Shown piece by piece: positions 51,888-63,663 of a stretch of DNA of 64,000 nucleotides (positions within the stretch are counted from its first letter, which is position 1; the number at the start of each line of letters is the position of its first letter). The notes beneath the pieces were generated by a model. The model saw nothing but the letters and a program-made list of their open reading frames with translations, was not told where the DNA came from and did no database searches. The stretch is taken from positions 456,007 through 520,006 of the forward strand of contig JAQGDQ010000138.1 of NCBI GenBank assembly GCA_030141605.1. The letters run 5' to 3'. The translations under genes and the position numbers were made by a program. Source of the DNA: Tubiluchus corallicola. Taxonomy: Eukaryota; Animalia; Priapulida.

Positions 51888-53135
51888 GTAAGTAATGCAC
51901 ACATACTCGCACACCATCACTCAAGCACGTATGCAAACCTTCCTTTCAGAACCTTTTTAGAACCTTCCTTTAGTGTATTATAGTCAGTTGGTTTCCTGAG
52001 CTAGATCTGAAGAGTCAAGTGCCTCTGTGGGCGTAGTTACTCAGAGTTAACTCATAGTGAGCATCTTGAATTCACGTCCCAGTTTAGGTGTTTATAGTGT
52101 TTTGTACTATATAAAACAGATACGACAAAGTATTGTGTTACATAATTAAACCTTTGCCATCTCGAATGTCTGGTACTATGTCAGTGGAGACATCATCCAT
52201 ACACCGACACCAATGAAGTTGAGGCTACTAAGCAAGATAGTAAATTAGAAAGTCTACAAAATATTGCACCTAAATGAGGATGTCTATTTCGTCGTAATGC
52301 CGGCGTCATTCTTTAGCCACTTTTTATATTGTGACTCAACAATAGAATTACTTTGTATTCTAAATTTTTATGAAAAAACGGATCCTTGGCAACGGAAAAT
52401 GGTATACTAAATAACATGTCCAGGTAGTTGGGCAAAAAACTCATTAAGCAAGTCTGAATGCTTTGCCTTTTGTACTAGTTTATATACTGTCACGTTAAAT
52501 TTCTAATTTCTGAGCCAACTTAATATTTGTATATTTTTTAAATGTTTCTTTCATAATGTGAGCCTGCTTTGCATAATACAATATATTGCAGAATAACGAT
52601 ATGCGTTTATGGATTTCAAGAACTATAATGGGAAATGTGATTATATAAACATAAAGCGTCAAAGCATTTTATGTCTTAAGAATACTTTATGTATTCAATG
52701 TGACTGAAACTGGAAATTTGATACAAAAATACACTGTACCAAGTGTCTTAGCAAACAGTGCGAAGTTACATGGATAAAATTTCCAGGGCTCAGCTTAAAA
52801 TTTGCAAACAATAGTAACAGTATGAGTTGGCCAACAGGCGGGCTTATCCGGCTGGGCACACCACACAAATCTATACAATTATTGCAACAAGTCAAATTGA
52901 AATCATGTTCGTTTTTTAAGGATGTCCGCTTCAGTAGAACTATAGAATAGATCAGTCAAAGTAAACTAAAAAGAACTGCGATTGTTTGTATTGGAAGCTG
53001 TAATTCCACGATGTCAATATTGAATGTTACTTGGGGCTATTAAAACCAGTTAGCTGTTCGAGCACTTTGACATTAAGAAAAATCTATAATTTTCTCCTGT
53101 CCTGCCAATCGCGAATGTGTGATTTTGCAACTAAC

Positions 53136-56100
53136 ATGAGAGTCATAAATTATTTTGCTGTTTCTGTAACAACGTACTTGGTTTTATGTGGTGCAGCGTC
53201 GAGTATACCTGTAGAAGGCGATGCTGTGGAAAAGGCTTTAGAACTCGTTTTTAAGATCAGAGAAAATTTTGACAACTGCGTTCACGCTGACGAAGCACTG
53301 ACTCTTCCATTCTTTTATACCAGTCATGTGTGGAAAAAGCAAGCCTACAGCGCCATTTCTGTTGTTAACCTGCTAAGTCAAATTCTTCCTTTTGATGCGA
53401 TTCAGCCTGACGAAACGTTTGATGATTTGCTATACGCACTAGTAACAAATAATGTGAAAAGTGATGACCACGTGTTTGGGTCGGCTATTGCGTTTAAACC
53501 AAAGTATTTGCATCTCTCTAGGTCTCAGTTTGCACCCTACGCTTTTGTACTACCAAATGGTACGATAAATTTTAAAGATCTATCGCTTTTTTATGATTAC
53601 GTGGACTTGAAACCTGAATGGTATGCAAATGCCCTCCAATGTAAGTGTTTTTCACTAATAAGCGCATACTGCTCTGTCAGAATTTATTGCCATATAAAAT
53701 AATTTTTGGCTTTCTTTTTTGACAATAAATTAGCTATGGGGTAGTAAACCGATTCTGAAATTTCAGAATCATTTATTACACCCGACAAACTCAAATCATT
53801 TTAACACTACTGAGTCGTTGAAAACTGTAATGGTTGATACATGTGCAATTGTGCTTTCTCTACAATACTTAAAAAGAAAGAGCAAACCATTTTATTTCAT
53901 GCATTGCAATTTTTAACAGAGCATTTAATTAAATAATTACGTTGATAATGACACATTTTGCATATTCCACTAATTGAACTGAACTGAATTGAATTGAATT
54001 GAATTATTTTGCGTCATACATAAAAAAACTACAAGAAAAGTTAACATGAGATTGCATAATTAGTAAGAGGGACGGGGTGGAGAAAGACCAGACGGTCACC
54101 GAGCATCCACCCCTCACTCATAAAATCTTAATTAGTAACACAATGGCAGAGTTTGGAATGAGCAGGGCATTAGTGTGCAGTTTTCAAAAATAAAAATAAA
54201 TAAACATAGAATGGAAAACTAATATACGTGTACACAAACTCAAATGCGGGGATATTAGAAGTGATTTTCCCAGAGAGCATAAACAGTAGAAAGATTACGT
54301 TATTCACGTGAACATAACCACTTTAGGGGCGAAGATATTTGGCTGAAAACGGAAATGAAAGCCAAAAAACATAACCAGTGGAAGCTATTTTTCTACAAAA
54401 ATGTTGAAGAAACACTCATTTGTTATAGCTTCAAGAACTTTATAGACAAATGATAGTAAGGCTAATAAAGAGTTATATAAAGGATATGTTTGTGAGATGA
54501 ACGCATAATTTCCAAAAAGACCACACAAACATGCATTAATTATGTAACATGCACTATACGTGCTACCAATCATTAATCATTATTTGTCATGACATTCGCA
54601 CTTCCATAAAAATTACTACTAGAGTTACTTTGTTTCCAGATGCGAATGATAGAAGCAGAGAAACACACAAAGTAGCGACGAAAGGTGGTGTGGTGACATG
54701 CCCTATTGTAACGTACGATGATGGTTATTGGTCTCACCCTTATTTTGACTGTGGAGGAGGGGACATATGGATGGTAACATACTCTGTACCTTTCTACAGA
54801 TGTGACAATGGTTCTGCTGCAAGGTCCATTGATTTTCAACCATTGTAAGTTTTGCAGAGTGAGTTTTTCTTGTGCAGGCGGTGTTTACCACGAATGCTGT
54901 GTTTTCCTGATGATCCATTAGCTTAGTAGCTCATTCGGTTTCTTGGGCGCCTTTGCCACCGACCGTACATATCTAAATATCTTCATCTCTAGACTCGGAT
55001 TCTTCGAAACTGTGCAACTTAGCGCGCTTAAGAGTGCATTTAAGCCGTTTATAATAGTGTTTTAGAATTATTTATCACTTGTTAGCACTGTTTAACACTC
55101 CAATATAAAAATAAAAAATAATAAGTGGTTACCATGACCTACTGCATAAGATAAAGACATTTTACCAACATAAATTGTAAAGATTTACAGCGTCAGCCAG
55201 AAAAATCATTATCTGAAATTCTTTAATAAAACAAAAATTACAAGTCAAAAAGGCATTAAAAAATTAAGACAATATAACAAGAAAAATTTAGTCGTAAATT
55301 TATTTTATTTCTGTTGAACTTTTAAAAATGTGATGTATAAAATTCTCTTTCCATCATAAAAAGGGATTTCTTTCCAAAATTTATTGTTTTAAATGAAAAT
55401 GAAGCCCATTTATAATATTTTCTTTATCTACATAATTTATAAAGTTGTACTGTTTGCTTTCCCTTTTATTTTTGCCTCTTTGCGAAGCCTAGGTCGGAAC
55501 TGATTATTAATTGAATTAATCTCATTTTGAGGAAATATGTCCTCGCTGAGCTAAGTTTCCATGTGCTGAAATCTAAAGCATCTACGTCGGAGCTGTTCTG
55601 TAAGTTATATTTTTTTATTTAGTGAAGTGAGTTTTTTTTATTTAAAACGGACAAATTAAAAAAATTATTTTTCTTTGTTATGGAAATACAATTTTGAACA
55701 TCACATTTTTAAAAAATTCAACAAAAATAAAAGATAAAACTTACAACTATTTTTCGTGTGTATAAAATATACACATATTCGCCGTTATTCTGTTAAATTT
55801 GTACGCGTTTTTGATTTGTAATTTTTGCATGTAGTGTTTTTGGACGACACTGCATACGTCATGAATTTCCTGTATCAAAGTACGATAAAGAATCATAAAC
55901 GGCATTGGTTATATATGAAGTATGATGCTGATTATGATGAGACAGATGATGATGATGATGATGGTGGTGTGGTGTTGATGATATTGATGATGATGATGGT
56001 AATGATGATGTTGATGTTGATAATGATGATGGTGCTGCTGCTGCTGATGATGATAACGATGATTTGTAACGGCGATGACGATAGACATAATTTCACAGAT

Positions 56101-57808
56101 ATAGCTCTAACAACTTTTCCGTTCGTCACGACTCGTACACCAAACTAAAAACTCATCTGGGTCTAATATCTTCACAGTGATTGTCTAGTTTTGACTCATT
56201 TGGATTTCATGGAAGGACGGTGGTTTCTTTCAGCCACAATAACAGTTTTTTTCATAAGCCAACAGGAATTCCAGAAAAGGATAAACATGCTTCTGGAAGA
56301 GGAAAGGAACAGCCTAGAAAGCGCAGGAAATATTATATAAAAATCGTGAACGAAAGTGAACGAAATGCGACAATTGTATTAAGTATAAATGAGACCCATG
56401 TCGAGGATTACTTCAAGGTCACAAAGTGAATCTTCATAATAAAATAACCAAACTCAATAGTAGCTGCAGTTTGGTCACCAGAGCTTCCAGTTATTATATT
56501 ATTATACAGGGGCATCGCAACTATTGACGTTGAACTCGATTCACTTGACATAAACCAATGTCCTGCAACTCCAGAAGAACAAAAATTTGCAGAGAAAGAA
56601 AAAGACAGAAATCCATTTCGAGGGACTGATCGTTGCGATCCAGAAAGTACCAAGGTACAAAAAGTTCAATGCCGACATTTACAAAAAATGAAAAACAAAT
56701 GTTGTATGAGTAGTAATAAATAGAAGGAAAAAAATTAGGCCTCACTCAGTTGAACGTTAGAATCCTTAAATGTTCTAAAGCTAGCTTCGTTTAATTTTTG
56801 TCTGGAGATATGTTGTATGCCGATTAATAAGCAAATAAATGCGAGACTTTTATTGGAATAATGTGATTAATAAGATATGCGTGTTTGTTGATCGGATTCA
56901 GATATTTTTGTGCAAAGCACCCAACCACATATTGTTATAATACAACAGTATTATAAAGCAGTTTTGATTTAATTAATTAGTGTGTCTTTGCTGCCGGAAA
57001 AGGATTCCAGCGTGGTGGTTACCATTGCGCCTGCAAAGATGGTTTCTATTATAAAGGACAACCCCAGTTCACAGGATTCGACGGAGAAGACGTTGAAGAA
57101 GCTTTTGCAAACGAACAGGCGGGACTGCCAAATGTTTACAGCAGCTTAAAATGCACCAAATGTCAACCGGGCTGTGACTCATGCGTTGATGACACTCCAT
57201 GCATATTAAACATCCGTAAGAGTTTAACTATTGGGTTTTTAGTGATCATTGGATTAAGCTTTGTCTTGGCTCTGACTTTTCTGGGGATTTTCTGGATTGG
57301 AAGCGGGAATATGGTTAGTATAATTTTATATCTATTTTGGGTAATAAATTACTTAAGTGTGCTCTCGTTTCTTCCAGCTAAAACGGAGAGCTGTAATAGA
57401 TCTAAAATTACTGCCTAGGACGAAAGGTTAATGCATTTCACCAGTCACAACTGGAAAAAGGTCTTTCTATGTCTTTCTTCTGGAAAAAGACATTTTTCAG
57501 CGATCACCAGTTACAACAGATAAATAAAAGTCATTAGCGTGTATCAGCCAAACCTTTCTTCTAATAATATGAAAAGTAAACGTAAGGATAATTCAGTACT
57601 TCATTTTTATGTATTTTGCGTACATGTAGGCTGTAAAAACATCTTCAATGGTGCTGATACTTCTTGTGACGCTTGGAATTTGCATGATGTTGTCTGAAGT
57701 AATTGTTGTCAGTTTTAAGCCAAAGCAACCGCTGTGTCATCTCGGTGTTTGGCTATTCGTTATTGGGTTTCTGCTTGCTTACAGTTCCCTGACTATGATG
57801 GCAGTGAG
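53136..57808 (+). CDS. GPR158/179-like class C GPCR (Cache + EGF-like/Cys-rich + 7TM), 3'-partial. Exons 53136-53640 (alternative exon B), 54640-54844, 56510-56654, 56981-57313, 57630-57808
   Basis: In-frame GT-AG splicing gives GYWSHPYFDCGGGDIWMVTYSVPFY, LGIATIDVELDSLDINQC, FRGTDRCDPESTKCVFAAGKGFQRGGYHCACKDGFY, CTKCQPGCDSCVDDTPC and then TM1-TM3, all recalled hallmark GPR158-family motifs. TM4-7 exons were not found in the window. Confidence 0.9.
55921..56083. repeat. Degenerate (GAT)n trinucleotide tract, intronic
   Basis: Directly visible. Confidence 0.85.
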
Positions 57809-58229
57809 GTAAGTGATAAGTTTGAATATAGCAAGATGTTGAAACGGGGATTCTTCATCCTGCTGTAAAACCTTGTCTAAGTGCCCTAAGTAGTTTTAAT
57901 ACCTTGTCCATTTAGTGTTCAAATGTCTTGAATGTTAAATTTCTGTCAAAACAGACAGTTACATAACCTAGTTACATGTAATGCTTTTATGTAGGCGGTT
58001 TGCAATAGACATGCAGGCCAAGAACGTATGAACAAAACACATCGTTGTAAATAAACCCTTATATATAATGCTACAACGGCCATGTCAGGCAGTCAGATTT
58101 TGAAGAGTACAGAGTAGGCCCTACTACACCGCTAAACGTTTATTAAAAGTCACTGCAAAAATTCTCCAGAAGAAAGTTTCAGGTTGATGAATTACACCGT
58201 CTGTGGTTGTTGCTTGCTCGAATGCTGGA

Positions 58230-58690
58230 CAAAACTGCTGGAATATTTGCAAAAATTCGTCACTATTACGCACTGGTATATCCATATCTGCAACGCTGCT
58301 TGTTGGCATGGGAACAAACTAAATTGTTTATATTGCAGCCTTTAATCACCATTCAGAACGAAATTGTTAAAATAATTACATTCGCCAATTTCAGAGCACA
58401 TGCAACTCTTTCTTACAGCCAACTCCAGCTATTAAAACTGGAAGATATTTATAACCTTGAAATGTTTAAATTTACGTATAAATTCCCAAATAATCTTCTG
58501 CCCGAACTTTTCAAAAACTTTTTTACTTATAATGTTCATACTTATTACACAAGGTCTACTAGCAAAGGAATTTTTTTCAAATAACTTAAATAGTCTGCAG
58601 CATAATGGTGCAAAATAATTTACCCTCTGAGCTAAAGTCGTGCACGGTTTTGACTTCAAAAGACTTTAAAAAATATTATTGAATAAGTAC
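58230..58690 (+). mobile_element. L2/CR1-group LINE 3' fragment (decayed)
   Basis: GIFAKIRH..YYALVYPYL...IQNEIVKII...LQLLKLEDIY.LE.FKF.YK...NLLP..F..FF..VH.Y.TR is typical of the post-RT C-terminus of L2/CR1-group ORF2. Confidence 0.75.
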
Positions 58691-60119
58691 TCTCTCTCAA
58701 TCTATCAACAAATGTTAACATAGCAATACGTAACTGAACGAAGTACAATGTGGAAGTTACGTATTGCTACACATATACGTATAAGCCGATGCAACGTTAT
58801 TTAATTAGTTAATGAATTTTACTACTAATATATACATTTATATACATACATATACATATGTAATTTGTATATATGTAGTTCTTAAATCTTTTGGATGCCA
58901 CCAGAGGTATTGGTACAAGAAAAATTAAAACTACATGAAGACAGTAAAATTTGAGACAGTAAAATTTTAGGCAGTAACATTTTCTAAAATTTACACAAAA
59001 AGCTATCTAGGTCAATAAAAATTTTTCCTGCCAACATATTCAGCATTTAATTACGACTTAACAAAATTGGGAAGTTCGCTGAATTTACAAATGTCACATT
59101 TACACGATACACCAGTCCATGAGTTAATTAGACGTTTAAATGTGAGACACGAATCCGACAAGTAAACAATTCCTAGATCTTAAAGCACAAGAACTAGTTT
59201 ACTCATCTTAAAGCACAAGAACTAGTTTACTCAGGTTCATTTAGCAAACAAAAGTTATTAGATCAAACTCTTAATTTCAATAGGGATTAGTTGGATAACA
59301 AAGTACTGACATTGAAATCTAGTTTCGCTAACATATTTGTGAAAGTCATGTATGAAGTTGTAGTTGAACACTTGTAGAAAACGAATGAACGCTATATTAC
59401 ATATCTGCGCAAAAACTGAAACCGTTTATTAAACTAAATACTTAGTAAAATACACAAGTAAAATGAAGATCACGACTGCTGCACTGCACTCAGAGTGTGA
59501 GTGTTAGACAGCGTGTAGCACGACTGCACTGCACTGAGAGCGTGACAGAGAGTCACATAAGTAAATCGACTGCACGTCACTGAGAGCGTGACAGAGAGAC
59601 AGTGGCTAGAAGTGAAATCCAACCAGTTAATATAGGTAGAGAACTATGCAAAAACTTGGCTTCACATATCCCATTACAGTAAAAATAGGGGAGATCCAGT
59701 GAGTTTGCATATTCACTGCACCGAGCAATTGTACTAAGGGTGAGTTTAACTAGTAAATGTAAAGGGACTAATCAATAGATGGCAGCACCTAAAATATACA
59801 GTTACAACAGTTCACAATATTGTTTAATAAGGTTTAGTCATTCATTTAATTGTTTGTTCATTCTTTGACTCTTTGCATCGTTCAAAAAGTATTTTATTTA
59901 TATTAATAACAAAATTATCGATTTAATTATTAATTCGTTTGCAGTACAATCGGGAATTTGCTTTGATCACATCAGTAAATGCTTAAAGTTCAATATCTTT
60001 AAGTTTAACGTAAGTGTAAAATGAAGTTGCGTTCTCTGATTCGTAGATAAATCTCTGCTGTTCGATTTATAATTTCCGGTTTGATTTTATTTCTTAGTGA
60101 GAATTTTTACTTATTACAG

Positions 60120-60768
60120 GTTAAACAAATCAAAGCCAAATAATCTGGCCCACACCACTATCTCGCTGTTAACAATGTAGTTTTCAAAAAGATGCAACCT
60201 TTCTTCACTACTCATCAATGGTTTGCTGATGTTGTTATATTTAAATACGTTAACAACATCAGCAAACCATTCCAGAATAACAGATTTACCTTTTTTCCAA
60301 ATCCTATCGTTAATTCCAGAACAAGCAATCTAAAACAAATTAGGACAAATACCCACTATGGAAGGAACTCTGTAATCAAACAAGCAATTCTACTTTGGAA
60401 TTCTCTACCATTACAGGTTAAACAAATCAAGTCCCTATCAGCATTTAAAACAAAATTAAAATCACTAATATTAACCAGATATGAAATACCATCACACCAG
60501 TACAACAACATACACACTAATTCAGAATTCATATATCCACGGCCATATTAATTAAATCATAGTTTTTTTTTATATTTTTTGTGTATAGTTGTAAATATGT
60601 TTGATTTTATTCGTCATTACTACACAGTAGTTTAGGTTGCACTGACGCATTTGCCTTTAGCAGTGTAAGTTTTTATTAACTAACACTGATTGATCATCTC
60701 TGTAAAGTTTTTATCAGTGATTATCAATGTTTTTAATGGCAAATAAAGATTATTATATATATATATAC
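60120..60768 (+). mobile_element. L2/CR1-group LINE 3' end with UTR and tail
   Basis: YGRNSVIKQAILLWNSLPLQVKQIKSLSAFKTKLK motif, followed by GGCAAATAAAG and a TTA/TA-repeat tail near 60740-60767. Confidence 0.75.
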
Positions 60769-60847
60769 TTAATTACTTGTGATATTCACCGGAAGTTGTT
60801 GTTCCCTCTTCAAGCCCTGAGCATCATAAAAGATGAAGAAGAACTTC

Positions 60848-60930
<83 letters not shown>
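60848..60930. repeat. Perfect (GTT)n microsatellite
   Basis: Directly visible. Confidence 0.97.
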
Positions 60931-61071
60931 GGCAAACTAGTTAATACTGGCCCAGAAATTAGTTCAAGTTATGTAACATTACCAACTGTCAAGAGAAATT
61001 GTTACCAAGTAATGTAACAATGTATAGGAACCTATTGTATTTCGTAAAAAACAGTTTGTCACAGATAGATA

Positions 61072-61618
61072 CTTGTTGGCATCCTTCTGTCTCGGAAGAC
61101 AAAGGAGTGTGCGCCAAGAGAGTCAGTTATTGATCACATTGATGGAGCTGCAGCTTCGACTGTGGCTGAGCAGTCCGATCCTTGAACGTCTCCAGGGCGC
61201 ACGCCTGGGCAAGGTGTATGGAGATCCCGAGTTGTCCAGACAACAGGAACCCCCTCTCTTCCTCCCTGGTGTAGTCCAAAGGAAAGCGGAGCTATACGTT
61301 TGGCACCAGGTTGGCTGCAGGAGCTGCCGGAGTCAGTGAGCATGCTGCACTGATCTGCCTTCGGGGCTCTACTCCTGATTTGGAAGGTTTACTCCTCTAC
61401 ACATGGCTGTTGGGTCACTTGACCTCCTCCGCCCTCTAACCGTTGGCTGCTTGTGCAGCTCCTCCGCCTAGTGTCGAGATACAGTGTGAGCATCCCGCAA
61501 GCCTACAGCACCTGGTATTCCTAGGTGGTCACCAATCCAAGTACTAACCAGGCTCTAAGTTGCTTGACTTCGGTGATCAGACGAGAACCGGTGTTTTCAA
61601 CGTGATATGGCCGTAGTT
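61072..61618 (-). mobile_element. Putative 5S-rRNA-derived SINE (SINE3) with RTE-related body
   Basis: A full-length 5S head runs without an oligo-T terminator into a GC-rich body of about 430 bp. Plus-strand motifs (GTTGGCATCCTTCTGTCTCGGAAGAC; TCTCCAGGGCGCACGCCTGGGCAAGGTGTATGGAG; GTCCAAAGGAAAG) resemble recalled RTE/BovB-type UTR sequence. Confidence 0.65.
61499..61618 (-). rRNA. 5S rRNA: 5S rRNA-like sequence (120 nt); probably a SINE head or pseudogene rather than a functional gene
   Basis: Minus strand AACTACGGCCATATCACGTTGAAAACACCGGTTCTCGTCTGATCACCGAAGTCAAGCAACTTAGAGCCTGGTTAGTACTTGGATTGGTGACCACCTAGGAATACCAGGTGCTGTAGGCTT matches animal 5S. The first two bases do not pair with the 3' GGC end, and no TTTT terminator follows. 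Confidence 0.82.
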
Positions 61619-62489
61619 GATAGAACATTACGTTTTTCAATTCAATATAATTAATTCATGTTACAATCTCAGCTAGATTGTGCACAATCTAAGAGATTCT
61701 GATTCACAATTATTGGGTTACTTTCTTGCGACGTAACTCTTATAAACGGATCTATTTCGCTGTGATGTCGGTTTAGTTCCCGTTCTCGTTCAAGTAATAC
61801 AAAACACCGCCATTTACTCATTGTGAAGTAAAAATATAAAAATACCTACTAAATTTTCAGGAAACTTTAGATCTATGGCAACCATAAACGCTTATGTATA
61901 ATCTGTTAACAGTTAATTTATTGCCATCATATTAGGAGCAGTAAGCAAAGATTGCATAAAATGTTCATGCATTATTTATCATCAGTGTACGATCTATTAG
62001 CGCTTGTTATTTCATGCAGTTTTTGTTGTTTTTGTTGCTGTTATTTTATGGAATGATGTGGGCGGCATCGCGTGGTGTGGGTGATGTTGAGTGAGTGGTG
62101 TGGGGTGGGGTGGGGTGGAGTGAAGTGGGGTTGTTTTTTTAACATCTTGATCTGACAAAAGGACACTGTTACAGAAAAATTGTTGAATGGCTTAAAGCAG
62201 CCGGCAGAAAGGCATCATCCGAAACACAGTCCGAAATGGCATCAAAGTTTGTGCATTTCACAAGCACGTTCGAGCAAAAACGCGAGCGTGCGTGCGTGCG
62301 TGCGTGCGTGCCATTTTTGATCACCTAGTTTTGAAAAGGGGCTGTAACTTGGTTTGCTGAGCAGCCAGGAATGCTTTGTCATAGTAGAACTTCATATCTC
62401 GAAAACGATACGAATCAAGACAAAGAAACTTTGTAGGCGAGTAACCCGATGCTTCACATTCCGGACTAGTTTTTTCAACGCCATCTTTC

Positions 62490-62625
62490 TTCATGTTTCA
62501 CATAATCTATCGCGGCTTTTACAATACGCTGCTTTTTAATTTTCATGGAAGCAATTTTCTGGTAAAGAATTCCACAGATAAGCAGCTCGAGAGGAAAAAC
62601 TAGGTTTATACGCAGGCGTTCTACA
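62490..62625 (-). mobile_element. Short CR1/L2-type LINE 3' remnant
   Basis: Minus frame YKPSFSSRAAYLWNSLPENCF contains the (R..LWNSLP) terminal motif. Confidence 0.5.
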
Positions 62626-63663
62626 TTTAAGAACATCTACTTGTTCATACCATGTTCAGACGCAGAGATTTGTCTCGCAATAAGTTGCCAAGCCGTTTAC
62701 ACGTTGCAACTTTACTCTCAGACAGAAGTTGCGCAACAAGTTGCGAGAAAAATCTCTACGTCTGAACGCACCATAAATGTTTTTCACTTATTTTTAAACA
62801 ATACATTTGTGACTAGCCAATCACTTTCCAGGCCACACTAAAGTGGCAATGCTTGCGAAGGTTTCCTGCACATAAGCAGGAAAAATGGATGTTGATATTC
62901 TAATTCCACTTGTTCAGGACTTTCGGCACCTGCAATCGCACACAGCCTGTAAAAAAACGAGAAATCAGAAATCCAGTTAGATGTTCCGTAGTTCCATTCA
63001 GAGGCGACAGGGGGCAATCGTGAGAAGGCACAAAATTTTTCTAAAATTCAGTAACTGTTAATTATTAATAACAGATCCGACATTAACAAAACAATTAACA
63101 TTTAGTCAGATATCATCATAGCAGATTTAATTACAACATGCAGCCTAGAAAAATGCAAATATTGTTACTTAACTTCGTGTGCAGGGGGTCGTGTGGCTTA
63201 GCACATCGATAATTTTGGGAGAAACAGTGGCGTTTCTCTAAATGCCGATTGTATTTTTGTGAAAACCTGTAGTGTTCTGTATCCTTCATAATCTTTGCAT
63301 GTTTTAGTACTGGAGATGACTGTTTATGGACTGTTGTGTTACGCGCTACTAATGTATGGAAAAGAGTTATTCTGCTGCAGTACCGCAAATCAAACTCAGG
63401 GTGATTCTTAGAAAAAATTCGTTTATATTTATCCCATCATATCGAAAAAGGAAAAAAAGGAAATTATGTCCAAAAGCGCGCATAATTTGCAGTTTCACCC
63501 AGGAACAAAAGATAAAACATTAAAAGGGTAGGGCGCCAGAAGTTTTTACACCCCAGGAGCCACAAGCACTTGCTACTCACACTCCACGTAACTGGATTAT
63601 GGACGTGGCTTCCGTGTTACTATAATGGGCTCTTTTATGTGGGCGTCCAACTGAAAGTCAAAA

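Noticed and set aside
60727-61017. Poly-valine ORF
   Set aside because: Produced by the (GTT)n microsatellite.
61073-61339. Plus-strand ORF as next exon of the GPR158-like gene
   Set aside because: It has no TM4-like hydrophobic segment and a weak acceptor, and it is better explained as the antisense of the SINE body.
61499-61618. Functional stand-alone 5S rRNA gene
   Set aside because: Single copy, terminal helix mismatch at the 5' end and no oligo-T terminator; retained only as a 5S-derived sequence.
62250-62460. Helentron/DINE-like element around (GCGT)n
   Set aside because: The internal microsatellite is suggestive, but termini and hairpin could not be defined.
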